From positions 1 to 64,000 of IMG/VR virus record IMGVR_UViG_3300030333_002570: 64,000 bases of DNA; one strand, written 5' to 3'. Positions 1 through 8,470 of this stretch are shown one piece after another (position 1 is the stretch's first letter; each line of letters starts with the position of its first letter). The notes below the pieces were generated by a model. The model saw only the letters and a list, made by a program, of their open reading frames with translations. It did no database searches and was not told where the DNA came from. This DNA is from a virus. Both the position numbers and the translations under genes were made by a program.

Positions 1-378
1 TATGGTTATAAATTTGGTCAAGAAGAAGAGACCTACAACATCGTTGCTGCTCATGGATACTTCGGTAGATTAATCTTCCAGTATGCATCATTCAACAACT
101 CTCGTTCACTTCACTTCTTCCTAGCAACATTCCCTGTAGTCTGTGTATGGTTAACCTCAATGGGTATCTGTACAATGGCATTCAACTTGAATGGATTCAA
201 CTTCAACCAGTCAGTCGTTGACTCTGGTGGTAAGGTTGTTCCTACTTGGGGTGACGTTCTTAACAGAGCAAACTTAGGTATGGAAGTTATGCATGAAAGA
301 AATGCACACAACTTCCCACTTGATCTTGCTGCTGCTGAGGTTAGTGAGGTTGCACTTGTTGCTCCTGCAATAGGTTAA
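1..378 (+). CDS. psbA: Photosystem II D1 protein, 3' part (5' end outside window)
   Basis: Frame 1 from base 1 reads [41 protein letters not shown]...[17 protein letters not shown] plus a C-terminal extension; stop TAA at 376-378. Confidence 0.99.
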   Translation, partial: YGYKFGQEEETYNIVAAHGYFGRLIFQYASFNNSRSLHFFLATFPVVCVWLTSMGICTMAFNLNGFNFNQSVVDSGGKVVPTWGDVLNRANLGMEVMHERNAHNFPLDLAAAEVSEVALVAPAIG

Positions 379-404
379 AACCAAAATCACTTTTTGATTT
401 CATT

Positions 405-437
405 ATACCCCGAAAAAAAATTCGGGGTATTTTTTTG
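405..437 (+). terminator. Rho-independent terminator after psbA
   Basis: ATACCCCGAA-aaaaaa-TTCGGGGTAT perfect 10-bp stem followed by a T run. Confidence 0.85.
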
Positions 438-464
438 TCTATAAGATTTTTCATAAATAGTTAC

Positions 465-713
465 ATGAAATTACCTAAGATCCCCAATAGTCAGTTGACC
501 TCAGAGTTAAAGGAACTACTTGGTGATAGTGATTTAGAGTTTGATTCTATTGTCTCTTCTTCAGATATATTTGACATCGGATTTGACCCTGAAGCACTTC
601 ACAGGGAGCGAATACTTATTGGGAAGGAAATAATAGAGTCAAGAAAAAAACAAGAACAATATGGAAGAGTCTCAAAGGAAAGACATTCGCAAGACAGCAA
701 AGAGATTAATTAA
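465..713 (+). CDS. Hypothetical protein
   Basis: ORF 435..713; ATG at 465 follows a late-promoter-like CATAAATA (452-459). Confidence 0.55.
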   Translation: MKLPKIPNSQLTSELKELLGDSDLEFDSIVSSSDIFDIGFDPEALHRERILIGKEIIESRKKQEQYGRVSKERHSQDSKEIN

Positions 714-822
714 AGTTGCTAAAAAACATCCAGAATGGTACACTGAACAGGATGTTTTCTATGCAAAGCAGATCAGAAAAGAACTAAAACGCAAGAAGGA
801 CAGTTCGGTAGACACTAATTAA
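661..822 (+). CDS. Small basic hypothetical protein (53 aa, not in ORF track)
   Basis: ATG 661 to TAA 822: MEESQRKDIRKTAKRLIKVAKKHPEWYTEQDVFYAKQIRKELKRKKDSSVDTN; resembles a common cyanophage small protein. Confidence 0.7.
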   Translation: MEESQRKDIRKTAKRLIKVAKKHPEWYTEQDVFYAKQIRKELKRKKDSSVDTN

Positions 823-832
823 ACTGGCACAC

Positions 833-866
833 TTGACAAGAATATAAGGATATGTTATTATAAATA
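833..866 (+). promoter_or_regulatory. Composite sigma70-type plus T4 late promoter
   Basis: TTGACA (833-838)-N17-TATTAT (856-861), overlapped by TATAAATA (859-866). Confidence 0.8.
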
Positions 867-879
867 CTTCTTAACATAA

Positions 880-985
880 CTAAACAGGACTCGAAAGAAT
901 CGTAACCCTGCGTTAAGATGTTAGAAAAAGATCCCCATGTCGGGGGAATCTATCATCCGCAGGGATTTTTCTTGCGAGATACTTA
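880..985 (+). ncRNA. Structured cis-regulatory RNA leader, probably the manA RNA motif
   Basis: GAcUC-GAAA-GAaUC hairpin; CCCTGCG (906-912) pairs with CGCAGGG (958-964), enclosing GATG/CATC and GATCCCC/GGGGgaATC stems; 3' CTTGCGAGATAC. It lies between a promoter and an ATG. The family name is from memory of the cyanophage manA motif. Confidence 0.65.
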
Positions 986-995
986 AAACAAAAAC

Positions 996-1388
996 ATGTC
1001 TATCAAATCAACAATCGCTGCAGTAGCAGCATCTCCATTCCTTCTCGCTGGTGCAGCTTTTGCTGGTCCATATGTGAATGTCGAGAGCAACCTTTCATAT
1101 CCTGATGGAGACTACAGCTCTGCTGCTACAGATCTTCACATTGGTTACGAAGGAACTGTTAGCGAAGGTAAGATCGCTTACTACGTTCAAGGTGGTCCTT
1201 CACTAAATCATGCTGAGTCTACTGACGATACAGAAACAGAACTTTCTGGTAAGTTCGGTGCTTCTTATGCTGCTACTGAAGACCTAGCTCTTTACGGAGA
1301 GATCTCTGGTGCTTCTAATGGTGAAGACGCTTCTGGCGACAACATCATTGACTGGGGTGCTAAAGTAGGTGCTAAGTTCGTATTCTAA
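996..1388 (+). CDS. Host-like small outer-membrane beta-barrel protein with signal peptide
   Basis: Signal peptide ending AGAAFA|G, alternating amphipathic beta strands, C-terminal Phe (GAKFVF) typical of BAM-inserted proteins. Confidence 0.7.
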   Translation: MSIKSTIAAVAASPFLLAGAAFAGPYVNVESNLSYPDGDYSSAATDLHIGYEGTVSEGKIAYYVQGGPSLNHAESTDDTETELSGKFGASYAATEDLALYGEISGASNGEDASGDNIIDWGAKVGAKFVF

Positions 1389-1409
1389 GAGTACGATTTA
1401 TATCTAAAT

Positions 1410-1437
1410 AAAGGGTGACTTCGGTCACCCTTTTTTA
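1410..1437 (+). terminator. Rho-independent terminator with cUUCGg tetraloop
   Basis: AAAGGGTGAC-TTCG-GTCACCCTTT plus T tail. Confidence 0.9.
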
Positions 1438-1451
1438 TTTCCAATACAAAT

Positions 1452-1688
1452 ATGAATTTTACGGTCTACTCCAAGAATGGTTGTCCCTACTGTGAAACCA
1501 TTAAAAAAGTCCTTGATGGAAAAGGATACAATTATGCAGAATATAAATTGGGGGTTGACTTTGAGAAGAAAGCATTCTATGATCAATTCGGAGAAGGTTC
1601 AACCTTTCCACAAGTAGTACTCGGTAGCGAAAATTTAGGTGGATGCACCGATGCTGTTAAATACCTTCGCGATAAACAATTAATTTGA
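1452..1688 (+). CDS. nrdC: Glutaredoxin
   Basis: CPYC active site, TFPQV cis-Pro motif, LGGCTD. Confidence 0.92.
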   Translation: MNFTVYSKNGCPYCETIKKVLDGKGYNYAEYKLGVDFEKKAFYDQFGEGSTFPQVVLGSENLGGCTDAVKYLRDKQLI

Positions 1689-2038
1689 TCATGGATGACC
1701 TTTATGATTTAGTTGAAAGGGCAATCGATTGTGCTTTCATAGATGACAAATATCTATTTAAGTGCTATAATTACTTGCAGTCAACCAAAGCAACTCGTTC
1801 TTATACTAGAAAGTTCATAGAATCTTCTACTGCAGGAAACATTGCTTTGACTATAGCAGACCTAGATGCTTACATAAAAGGAGGATCCGATAACGAACAT
1901 AAGATTCTAAGAGAAGCTTATGGACATCTTGGTAAACCAAGAGCAAGAAAAATAAGGGCATATCTTTACAGTATCTTACACGATGCATGGCAATACGAAT
2001 TAGATCGTAAACCTGGTCGTAAGAAACGCTCTAAATAA
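1685..2038 (+). CDS. Conserved cyanophage hypothetical protein
   Basis: 117-aa ORF translationally coupled to its neighbours. Confidence 0.7.
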   Translation: MIMDDLYDLVERAIDCAFIDDKYLFKCYNYLQSTKATRSYTRKFIESSTAGNIALTIADLDAYIKGGSDNEHKILREAYGHLGKPRARKIRAYLYSILHDAWQYELDRKPGRKKRSK

Positions 2039-2069
2039 ACTTAGAGTTCAGATAAGTGGAGAAAACCAT

Positions 2070-2303
2070 ATGGAAATTGCACTTGTTGTACTTATTGTTA
2101 TTGGTGCTTTTATTCTAGGAATAACTGTATCATGGTTAGTAAAAGGATACGTTGAAGATTACATCGAAAACGCTGCTTATGCTAAGTCAGTTACACATCC
2201 AGAAATGCTGGATGAAAATGGAAACATTATTCACGATGAACTTATTTACATCCGACCACAAACAGTATGGGATGAACATGAAAGTGATGAAGATGAGGAT
2301 TAA
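2070..2303 (+). CDS. Membrane-anchored hypothetical protein (DUF2973-like)
   Basis: N-terminal TM helix, then HPEMLDENG...ELIYIR and an acidic tail. Confidence 0.6.
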   Translation: MEIALVVLIVIGAFILGITVSWLVKGYVEDYIENAAYAKSVTHPEMLDENGNIIHDELIYIRPQTVWDEHESDEDED

Positions 2304-2305
2304 TT

Positions 2306-2770
2306 ATGCCTAAAACTCTTGAAAATAGTAACTCTAGGTTACTTATTAGTGAGATCTTACGCAAGGTCTCTAATGCAAAAACTAAAGCAGAGAAGATTAA
2401 AATTCTCAGAGAAAATAATAGTGTTGCTTTAAGGCAACTTATGATTATTAATTTTGATGAGAGTATAGTCTCTGAGATACCTCCAGGAGAGGTTCCTTAC
2501 ACTCCTAATGATGCACCAGTAGGTACTGATCACAGTCGTTTGGAACAAGAGTATCGAGGATTGTATCGTTTCTTTAAAGGTGGTGATCCAAAGATCAAGG
2601 GATTGAAACGTGAGACTATGTTCATTCAATTACTTGAAGGATTATCTGCTGAAGAAGCTGAACTTCTATGTCTTGTTAAGGACAAGGATTTAAACAAGAA
2701 GTATAAGCGTATTACTAAAGCAGTTATCACTGAAGCATTTCCTTCTATTGAATGGGGTGGGAGGAGTTGA
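2306..2770 (+). CDS. Conserved T4-like hypothetical protein
   Basis: 154-aa ORF with LPxGxVPY..ND, L..E...LY.F and RETMFIQLLEGL motifs common in T4-like cyanophages. Confidence 0.75.
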   Translation: MPKTLENSNSRLLISEILRKVSNAKTKAEKIKILRENNSVALRQLMIINFDESIVSEIPPGEVPYTPNDAPVGTDHSRLEQEYRGLYRFFKGGDPKIKGLKRETMFIQLLEGLSAEEAELLCLVKDKDLNKKYKRITKAVITEAFPSIEWGGRS

Positions 2771-2772
2771 GC

Positions 2773-3036
2773 GTGCAAGTTCTTAAAGAGAATTGTAAAC
2801 CTGAAGAGGGGAATGATCCCAAGCTCCCTTATACATGTTATATTGTAACGTATAAGGTTGATGGTGAAGATCGATATGATCTATCCGTTGCTCAAAAGGC
2901 AGCAGATCTTTTTGATTATTATTATGATCTATATAAAAAAGATTTCGTTACCTTTAAGCAGTCTGGTGGGTTGCAGAATCCAAAACTATGGAACTATCAA
3001 TCCAAACAAACTAATACAAAAGGTAAAAAGAAATGA
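2773..3036 (+). CDS. Hypothetical protein
   Basis: GTG at 2773 preceded by SD GAGGAG (2761-2766). Confidence 0.65.
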   Translation: MQVLKENCKPEEGNDPKLPYTCYIVTYKVDGEDRYDLSVAQKAADLFDYYYDLYKKDFVTFKQSGGLQNPKLWNYQSKQTNTKGKKK

Positions 3037-3278
3037 CTAGTATTTACAAGGGGTATAAGAATCCAAAAGATTTAACTCCAGAAGAGGCAAATCAACAGGC
3101 ATTGAGAGGGTTAGGTGCTATCATCACCTTCTTTGTTAAACCTGTTATTGTTAGATGGTTGTGGAATTGGTTAGGTATTACAGCACTAGGACTTAGTTCT
3201 CTTACATACCTACAAGCACTAGCTTTATGCTGGTTGATCTCATTATTGTTTAGTACACAAAAGGATGAAAGTAACTAA
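3033..3278 (+). CDS. Hypothetical membrane protein
   Basis: Two hydrophobic segments; overlaps both neighbours. Confidence 0.65.
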   Translation: MTSIYKGYKNPKDLTPEEANQQALRGLGAIITFFVKPVIVRWLWNWLGITALGLSSLTYLQALALCWLISLLFSTQKDESN

Positions 3279-3897
3279 AGTATCTGTTACCCCTGACGCT
3301 GAAAAAACTATAGGATACATCGCAAGAGTATCAAACCCTAAGAACCAAGAGAACCCAAAGGTCTCTGGTCTTTTGTCATATTGTATTAAACATCAGCATT
3401 GGTCAGTATTTGAACAGGCATTCATGACCCTAGAGATTGAAACTACTAGGGGATTAGCAGCACAGATCTTAAGACATAGATCATTTACGTTTCAAGAATT
3501 TTCTCAGAGATATGCTGATACTAATCTATTAGCAGATGAGATTCCTATGTTTGATCTCAGGCATCAGGACACTAAGAATAGACAGAACAGTACCGATGAC
3601 GTACCGAAGAATAAAAAGGCAGATCTCCAGGCGAGGATCGCAGAATACTTTGTTGACTCGATGGATCTCTACAATGAACTCCTCGCTAATGGCATTGCGA
3701 AGGAGTGTGCGAGATTTGTTCTCCCTCTAGCAACACCAACAAGATTGTATATGACTGGTAGTATTCGTTCATGGATACACTACATAGATTTACGCTCTGC
3801 CCATGGTACTCAAAAGGAACACATGGATATAGCAGAAGAGTGTAGGAGTATATTTAAGGAAGAGTTTCCTATTATATCAGAGGCATTACAATGGTAG
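3265..3897 (+). CDS. thyX: FAD-dependent thymidylate synthase
   Basis: ThyX signature RHRSFTFQEFSQRY, plus H.SVFE and ARFVLP. Confidence 0.97.
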   Translation: MKVTKVSVTPDAEKTIGYIARVSNPKNQENPKVSGLLSYCIKHQHWSVFEQAFMTLEIETTRGLAAQILRHRSFTFQEFSQRYADTNLLADEIPMFDLRHQDTKNRQNSTDDVPKNKKADLQARIAEYFVDSMDLYNELLANGIAKECARFVLPLATPTRLYMTGSIRSWIHYIDLRSAHGTQKEHMDIAEECRSIFKEEFPIISEALQW

Positions 3898-4577
3898 AAC
3901 AATTTTCAAAACAATTAAAAGAAGGAACTAAGAAGTCACATTCAGCAGCAGAGAATACAAAGTTTGTTGCTGGATTTCTTCGTGGTGTTCTTGACAAAGA
4001 ACAATACCGTCAACTCCTTACTAACTTCTATTATGTCTATGACACAATGGAACAGCGTATCAGAGAGTCTACAGATAATTTAGTATCAATGGTATGTTAT
4101 CCAGAATTGGAACGTGTTAACGCTCTTGAAAGGGATCTTAGATACTATTATGGTCCTATGTGGAGAGATAAACAGATACCTTCTGAAGCATGTAATACAT
4201 ACTGCTACAGGATTAATGAAATAGCAGAGAAGGATCCGTATCTATTGATAGCACATCATTATACTAGGTACATTGGTGATCTATCTGGTGGACAGATACT
4301 TAAAGGTATTGCATCAAAGGCATTAGATAATCCAGTAGGTGAAGGTTTACATTTTTATGATTTCCCTCAGATCGAAGATGCTAAGGCATGGAAAGACGGA
4401 TATAGATTATGCCTAGATAATATGGACTTGAATGAACAGCAAAAGAATGCTATAATAGTCGAAGCAAATTATGCCTTCAGATTAAACATGTATATCTTTG
4501 ATGAGATACAAGGAAGTGCCACCAAAGGTTTCTGGAAAGTTCTATTAGCCACTATGTTTCCCAAAAGAGGTAAGTAA
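3891..4577 (+). CDS. ho1: Ferredoxin-dependent heme oxygenase
   Basis: LKEGTKKSHSAAEN (proximal His), LIAHHYTRYIGDLSGGQIL, EANYAFRLN. Confidence 0.96.
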   Translation: MVEQFSKQLKEGTKKSHSAAENTKFVAGFLRGVLDKEQYRQLLTNFYYVYDTMEQRIRESTDNLVSMVCYPELERVNALERDLRYYYGPMWRDKQIPSEACNTYCYRINEIAEKDPYLLIAHHYTRYIGDLSGGQILKGIASKALDNPVGEGLHFYDFPQIEDAKAWKDGYRLCLDNMDLNEQQKNAIIVEANYAFRLNMYIFDEIQGSATKGFWKVLLATMFPKRGK

Positions 4578-4807
4578 TGCCCACATATCCTGTAATAAAT
4601 AAAAATACTCAAGAGAAAAAAGAACTCAACATGAGTATGAAAGATTATGATCAGTGGAGAAAGGATAATCCCGACTGGGATAAAGACTGGTCTCAAGGGA
4701 CTGGAGGTGTTACATATGGCAAACCTAAAGTTGAAGATGGATTCAAAGAGGTGATGTCAAAAGTACAACAGCATCATCCTACTGCTAATCTAAGTCGTTT
4801 CACTTAA
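4577..4807 (+). CDS. Conserved hypothetical protein upstream of phoH
   Basis: MPTYP start, in a position often seen in T4-like phages. Confidence 0.7.
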   Translation: MPTYPVINKNTQEKKELNMSMKDYDQWRKDNPDWDKDWSQGTGGVTYGKPKVEDGFKEVMSKVQQHHPTANLSRFT

Positions 4808-4812
4808 ACATT

Positions 4813-5577
4813 ATGGCAAGAGCGAGAAAAAAGAACAACGGTAATGGTTCTCCTACTAATGGTATGAGTAATAAAAAACTTAAAAGAAAGAAACCTATTG
4901 ATCAGTCTTATATGTCAGAGATTAAACCTCTGACTGACAATCAAACAATGGTGTTTGATGCCTATAAAGAAGGTAAGAATATTTTATTGCATGGTGCAGC
5001 AGGAACTGGTAAGACATTTATCACATTATATCTCGCTCTTAAAGAAGTACTTGACATTACAACACCCTATGATAAAATAGTTATTGTAAGGTCATTAGTA
5101 CCTACAAGAGAGATTGGTTTCCTACCAGGTGACCATGAGGACAAGTCCTATCTCTATCAGATTCCATACAAGAATATGGTCAGGTATATGTTTAGTATGC
5201 CAGATGATAATTCTTTTGAAATGTTATATGACAACCTCAGAGCACAGGACACTATTGATTTCTGGTCTACGTCTTTTATTAGGGGTGTTACCCTTGATAA
5301 TACTATTGTTATTGTAGATGAGTTTAGTAACCTGAATTTCCATGAACTTGATTCAATGATTACTCGCATAGGTGAGGACTCTAAGATCATGTTCTGTGGT
5401 GACATCACTCAAACTGATCTCACTAGAGAGAAAGAGACTGCAGGTATTTCAGATTTCATTAAAATCTTACAGGCAATGGATAAAGATTTTACATGTGTTG
5501 AATTTGGTATAGAAGATATAGTTCGTTCTGGTCTTGTAAGATCTTATTTAATATCAAAATATAATTTAGGTTTCTAA
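4813..5577 (+). CDS. phoH: PhoH family ATPase
   Basis: GAAGTGKT Walker A, IGFLPGD, TSFIRGVT, IVDEFSN, GDITQTDL. Confidence 0.96.
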   Translation: MARARKKNNGNGSPTNGMSNKKLKRKKPIDQSYMSEIKPLTDNQTMVFDAYKEGKNILLHGAAGTGKTFITLYLALKEVLDITTPYDKIVIVRSLVPTREIGFLPGDHEDKSYLYQIPYKNMVRYMFSMPDDNSFEMLYDNLRAQDTIDFWSTSFIRGVTLDNTIVIVDEFSNLNFHELDSMITRIGEDSKIMFCGDITQTDLTREKETAGISDFIKILQAMDKDFTCVEFGIEDIVRSGLVRSYLISKYNLGF

Positions 5578-6261
5578 ATGACTTTTACTTTCGTTGATGT
5601 TGACCTCAAAGTTCCAGAGGTTGAACCTGTGAATCAAGATGGTATTAGGTTTTATCCTATACCTGGAGCAGATAAATATTATCCGAGCGTTACCTCAATC
5701 ACATCGTTCCAGAACGCAAAGTTCTTCAAAGAATGGAGAACTAAAGTAGGTGAAGACGAGGCGAATCGTATTACTGCTAGAGCAACTCAACGTGGTACTG
5801 CATTTCATAGTATCACTGAAGATTATGTCAAAGGTGAACTAAATCTTGACAGGTACTTGGAAAATAATCCATTATCTGTTAGAATGTTTCAATCAGCAAA
5901 GTCAACACTCAATCGTATCGATAAGATACATTGTTTAGAGACTTTCCTTTACTCACATTATCTTGGTCTCGCTGGTCGAGTGGACTGTATAGGTGAGTTT
6001 GATGGTGAGTTAGCAGTGATCGATTTTAAAACTTCAACCAAGGAAAAACAAGAGAACTATATTGAACATTATTTTGTTCAAGAAACTGCATACGCAGCGA
6101 TGTTCCTTGAGCGTTCAGGAATAGAGGTAAAGAAAATTGTCACACTCATTGCCACTGAAGAAGGATCTGTTCAAGTATTTCAGAAGTACAATCTTGATGA
6201 CTATTTACAATTACTCAAGTCCTACATTGAAGAATTTGTTAGGGGAAGAAATAATGCCTAA
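5578..6261 (+). CDS. PD-(D/E)XK exonuclease (Cas4/RecB-like)
   Basis: YPSVTSI, RGTAFH, AGRVDCI, IDFKTS and Q..AYA motifs; usual position between phoH and g33. Confidence 0.9.
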   Translation: MTFTFVDVDLKVPEVEPVNQDGIRFYPIPGADKYYPSVTSITSFQNAKFFKEWRTKVGEDEANRITARATQRGTAFHSITEDYVKGELNLDRYLENNPLSVRMFQSAKSTLNRIDKIHCLETFLYSHYLGLAGRVDCIGEFDGELAVIDFKTSTKEKQENYIEHYFVQETAYAAMFLERSGIEVKKIVTLIATEEGSVQVFQKYNLDDYLQLLKSYIEEFVRGRNNA

Positions 6262-6508
6262 AGATAAAGCATTAGATGAAAATTTTTTAACCCCTACGAA
6301 GTTCTCGCAAGAGATCGAAAGGTTAGTTAAAAAAAGCAACGGTCTTATCTCATACATCGAAGCAGTAGTAACTTACTGTCAGGAGAATGAAGTAGAGATA
6401 GAAACTGTTCCAAAGTTATTAAACAAACCATTAAAGGAACGACTGCGACATGAGGCACAACGTTTAAATTATATGAAAGTCTCGTCTAAAGGAGTCTTGC
6501 CATTGTGA
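6254..6508 (+). CDS. g33: Late transcription co-activator gp33
   Basis: ATG 6254; FSQEIE, YIEAVVTYC, LKERLRHEAQRLNY; synteny. Confidence 0.88.
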   Translation: MPKDKALDENFLTPTKFSQEIERLVKKSNGLISYIEAVVTYCQENEVEIETVPKLLNKPLKERLRHEAQRLNYMKVSSKGVLPL

Positions 6509-7104
6509 CTGGGTTTGAAGTGTATAAAACTTATCTTGCTCTCAAACAACACTTCACTAAACAAAATTATGATTACATAAAGTATAACGGTAAAGTCCGA
6601 GCAAATGAAAAATCATTTGAAGAAAGACGAGACCGTTATTTTTTTAAGAAGTTGGCAGTAAAGTATCCTGATGATGAGATCTTAAATTATTTTGTGTCTA
6701 ATTTTATATCCAATCCAAAAGGATATTTAAGATCATTCAGTGATGATATCTACACTCAATGGAAGATACATCAAGAATCATTTTCATATAAATTCAAACA
6801 GGATGTTCACTTGCTGTTGGATGATTACACAGCACCTTATCAATTAGCATTTGATGATATCTTTACAGTAAAGGATGGACAACATCCTAAACTATTAAGA
6901 CACTATCTTGCTGATGAGATATCATTAGAAACTCTTGTTGTTTTTGAAGCATGTCTTGACTTTGTTTCAGATTTTGATAAGGTATTAACAGATCCTATCT
7001 GGAAAGATATTAGAATGAAAATCATTAAGTATCTTCCATTCATTAAATTAGATTGTGATGTTTATAGGAATAGCATATTAAGTACAATAGGTAATAAACT
7101 ATGA
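6505..7104 (+). CDS. g59: Helicase loader gp59
   Basis: YLALKQHFT..YDY.KY.GK, F..RRDRYFF, ISLETL motifs; sits between g33 and g32. Confidence 0.9.
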   Translation: MTGFEVYKTYLALKQHFTKQNYDYIKYNGKVRANEKSFEERRDRYFFKKLAVKYPDDEILNYFVSNFISNPKGYLRSFSDDIYTQWKIHQESFSYKFKQDVHLLLDDYTAPYQLAFDDIFTVKDGQHPKLLRHYLADEISLETLVVFEACLDFVSDFDKVLTDPIWKDIRMKIIKYLPFIKLDCDVYRNSILSTIGNKL

Positions 7105-7421
7105 GTTTTTTCCAATCGGAACAAGTACAAGAAAACTTACAAGATATTTTTCAAACCTATCATGAGATAGCATCTGTAACTTCTCAACTGTCTGCTATGG
7201 ATAGAGAGACACGATTAGATCACATTGATAGGTGTAAAGGGTTAGTGGATAAACAGAAGACTTTTTTCTTTAGATTATGTCTTGCAGCTAAGGAGGATGC
7301 TGAGGCAGCAGACATGAAGATGAGGATCAATGCCATGTCACAGGCATTTGGATTTGCTGACCTTACAGCATGTATGGATGCCATGATAAAGACCTTAGAG
7401 AACGCAGAACGTTCTGCTTGA
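7101..7421 (+). CDS. DUF1825-like protein
   Basis: MSFFQSEQVQ start, helical; standard position before g32 in cyanophages. Confidence 0.7.
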   Translation: MSFFQSEQVQENLQDIFQTYHEIASVTSQLSAMDRETRLDHIDRCKGLVDKQKTFFFRLCLAAKEDAEAADMKMRINAMSQAFGFADLTACMDAMIKTLENAERSA

Positions 7422-7446
7422 CATCTTATAAATAGTATGCTACGAT
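7418..7446 (+). promoter_or_regulatory. Composite sigma70 plus late promoter of g32
   Basis: TTGACA (7418-7423)-N17-TACGAT (7441-7446) with TATAAATA (7427-7434) inside the spacer. Confidence 0.8.
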
Positions 7447-7487
7447 TACACAGTAGCATTAATACACTCAATACGGAGAATACGATT

Positions 7488-8396
7488 ATGTCTTTTGCTT
7501 CTTTAAAGAAGGCTAGTGGTGGTAACTCACTTGCTAGACTAACACAAGAGATAGAAAAATTAAATCAACCTCAACAGACAGGTGCTGATGAGCGTTTATG
7601 GAAACCAGAACTTGATAAATCAGGTAATGGTTTTGCTGTTATTAGGTTCCTACCAGCACCCGATGGCGAAGAAATGCCTTGGGCAAAGGTCTGGAGTCAT
7701 GCCTTTAAAGGGCCAGGAGGTCAGTGGTACATCGAGAACTCTCTTACTACATTAGGTAAGGATGATCCCGTTGGAGAACTGAACAGAGAACTCTGGAACA
7801 GTGGTAGAGATGAGGACAAGTCAGTTGCTAGAGCACAGAAGCGTAAGCTTTCTTACTACTCTAACATCTATGTTGTGTCTGATCCTGCACACCCAGAGAA
7901 CGAAGGAAGAGTCTTCTTATATAAGTATGGTAAAAAGATCTTTGACAAACTTGTTGAAGCTATGCAACCTGCTTTTGCTGACGAGACTCCCATCGATCCA
8001 TTCGACCTATGGAAGGGTGCAGATTTTAAACTTAAGATCCGCAAACTAGACGGTTACTGGAACTATGATAAGTCTGAGTTTGCTGGTACCAGCACTCTAG
8101 GTGGATTTGATGATGATAAATTAGAGTCCATATGGAAAGGATGTTATTCACTCGCTGAGTTTGAAGCTGCTAAGAACTTTAAGTCTTACGAGCAATTAAA
8201 AGCACGTTTGACACTTGTTCTTGGAAGACCCTCTGCACCAACACCAGTTGATCCAGAGTTAGAAGATGAGAGTGAAGGAAGAGGAAATTGGGGACAAGAA
8301 GTCTCTGAGTTCCGTCAAAAAGCAGTCGCTGCTTCTCCTGTAGAATCTGAAGAAGATACTCTGTCCTACTTCGCTAAACTAGCAGAAGAGGACTGA
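7488..8396 (+). CDS. g32: Single-stranded DNA-binding protein gp32
   Basis: ATG 7488 with SD GGAG; DERLWKP, AVIRFLP, WYIENSLTT, NYDKSEF, acidic tail LSYFAKLAEED. Confidence 0.97.
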   Translation: MSFASLKKASGGNSLARLTQEIEKLNQPQQTGADERLWKPELDKSGNGFAVIRFLPAPDGEEMPWAKVWSHAFKGPGGQWYIENSLTTLGKDDPVGELNRELWNSGRDEDKSVARAQKRKLSYYSNIYVVSDPAHPENEGRVFLYKYGKKIFDKLVEAMQPAFADETPIDPFDLWKGADFKLKIRKLDGYWNYDKSEFAGTSTLGGFDDDKLESIWKGCYSLAEFEAAKNFKSYEQLKARLTLVLGRPSAPTPVDPELEDESEGRGNWGQEVSEFRQKAVAASPVESEEDTLSYFAKLAEED

Positions 8397-8403
8397 TTAT
8401 AAA

Positions 8404-8447
8404 CTGTCACAAGGGGAGGTTGCAAGACTTCCCCTTTGTGCTATAAT
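8404..8447 (+). promoter_or_regulatory. Terminator hairpin whose loop holds a -35-like hexamer, followed by an extended -10
   Basis: AAGGGGAGG/CTTCCCCTT stem, loop TTGCAAGA, TGc-TATAAT at 8439-8447. Confidence 0.65.
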
Positions 8448-8470
8448 ATAAACATATCAAAAGGAGATTC

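Noticed and set aside
1-830. Intron, homing endonuclease or psbD associated with psbA
   Set aside because: The visible psbA part is continuous and followed by a terminator and two small ORFs without GIY-YIG/HNH motifs
5578-6261. Cas4-like nuclease as a sign of CRISPR
   Set aside because: Standard T4-like cyanophage exonuclease position; no repeat-spacer array or other cas genes seen
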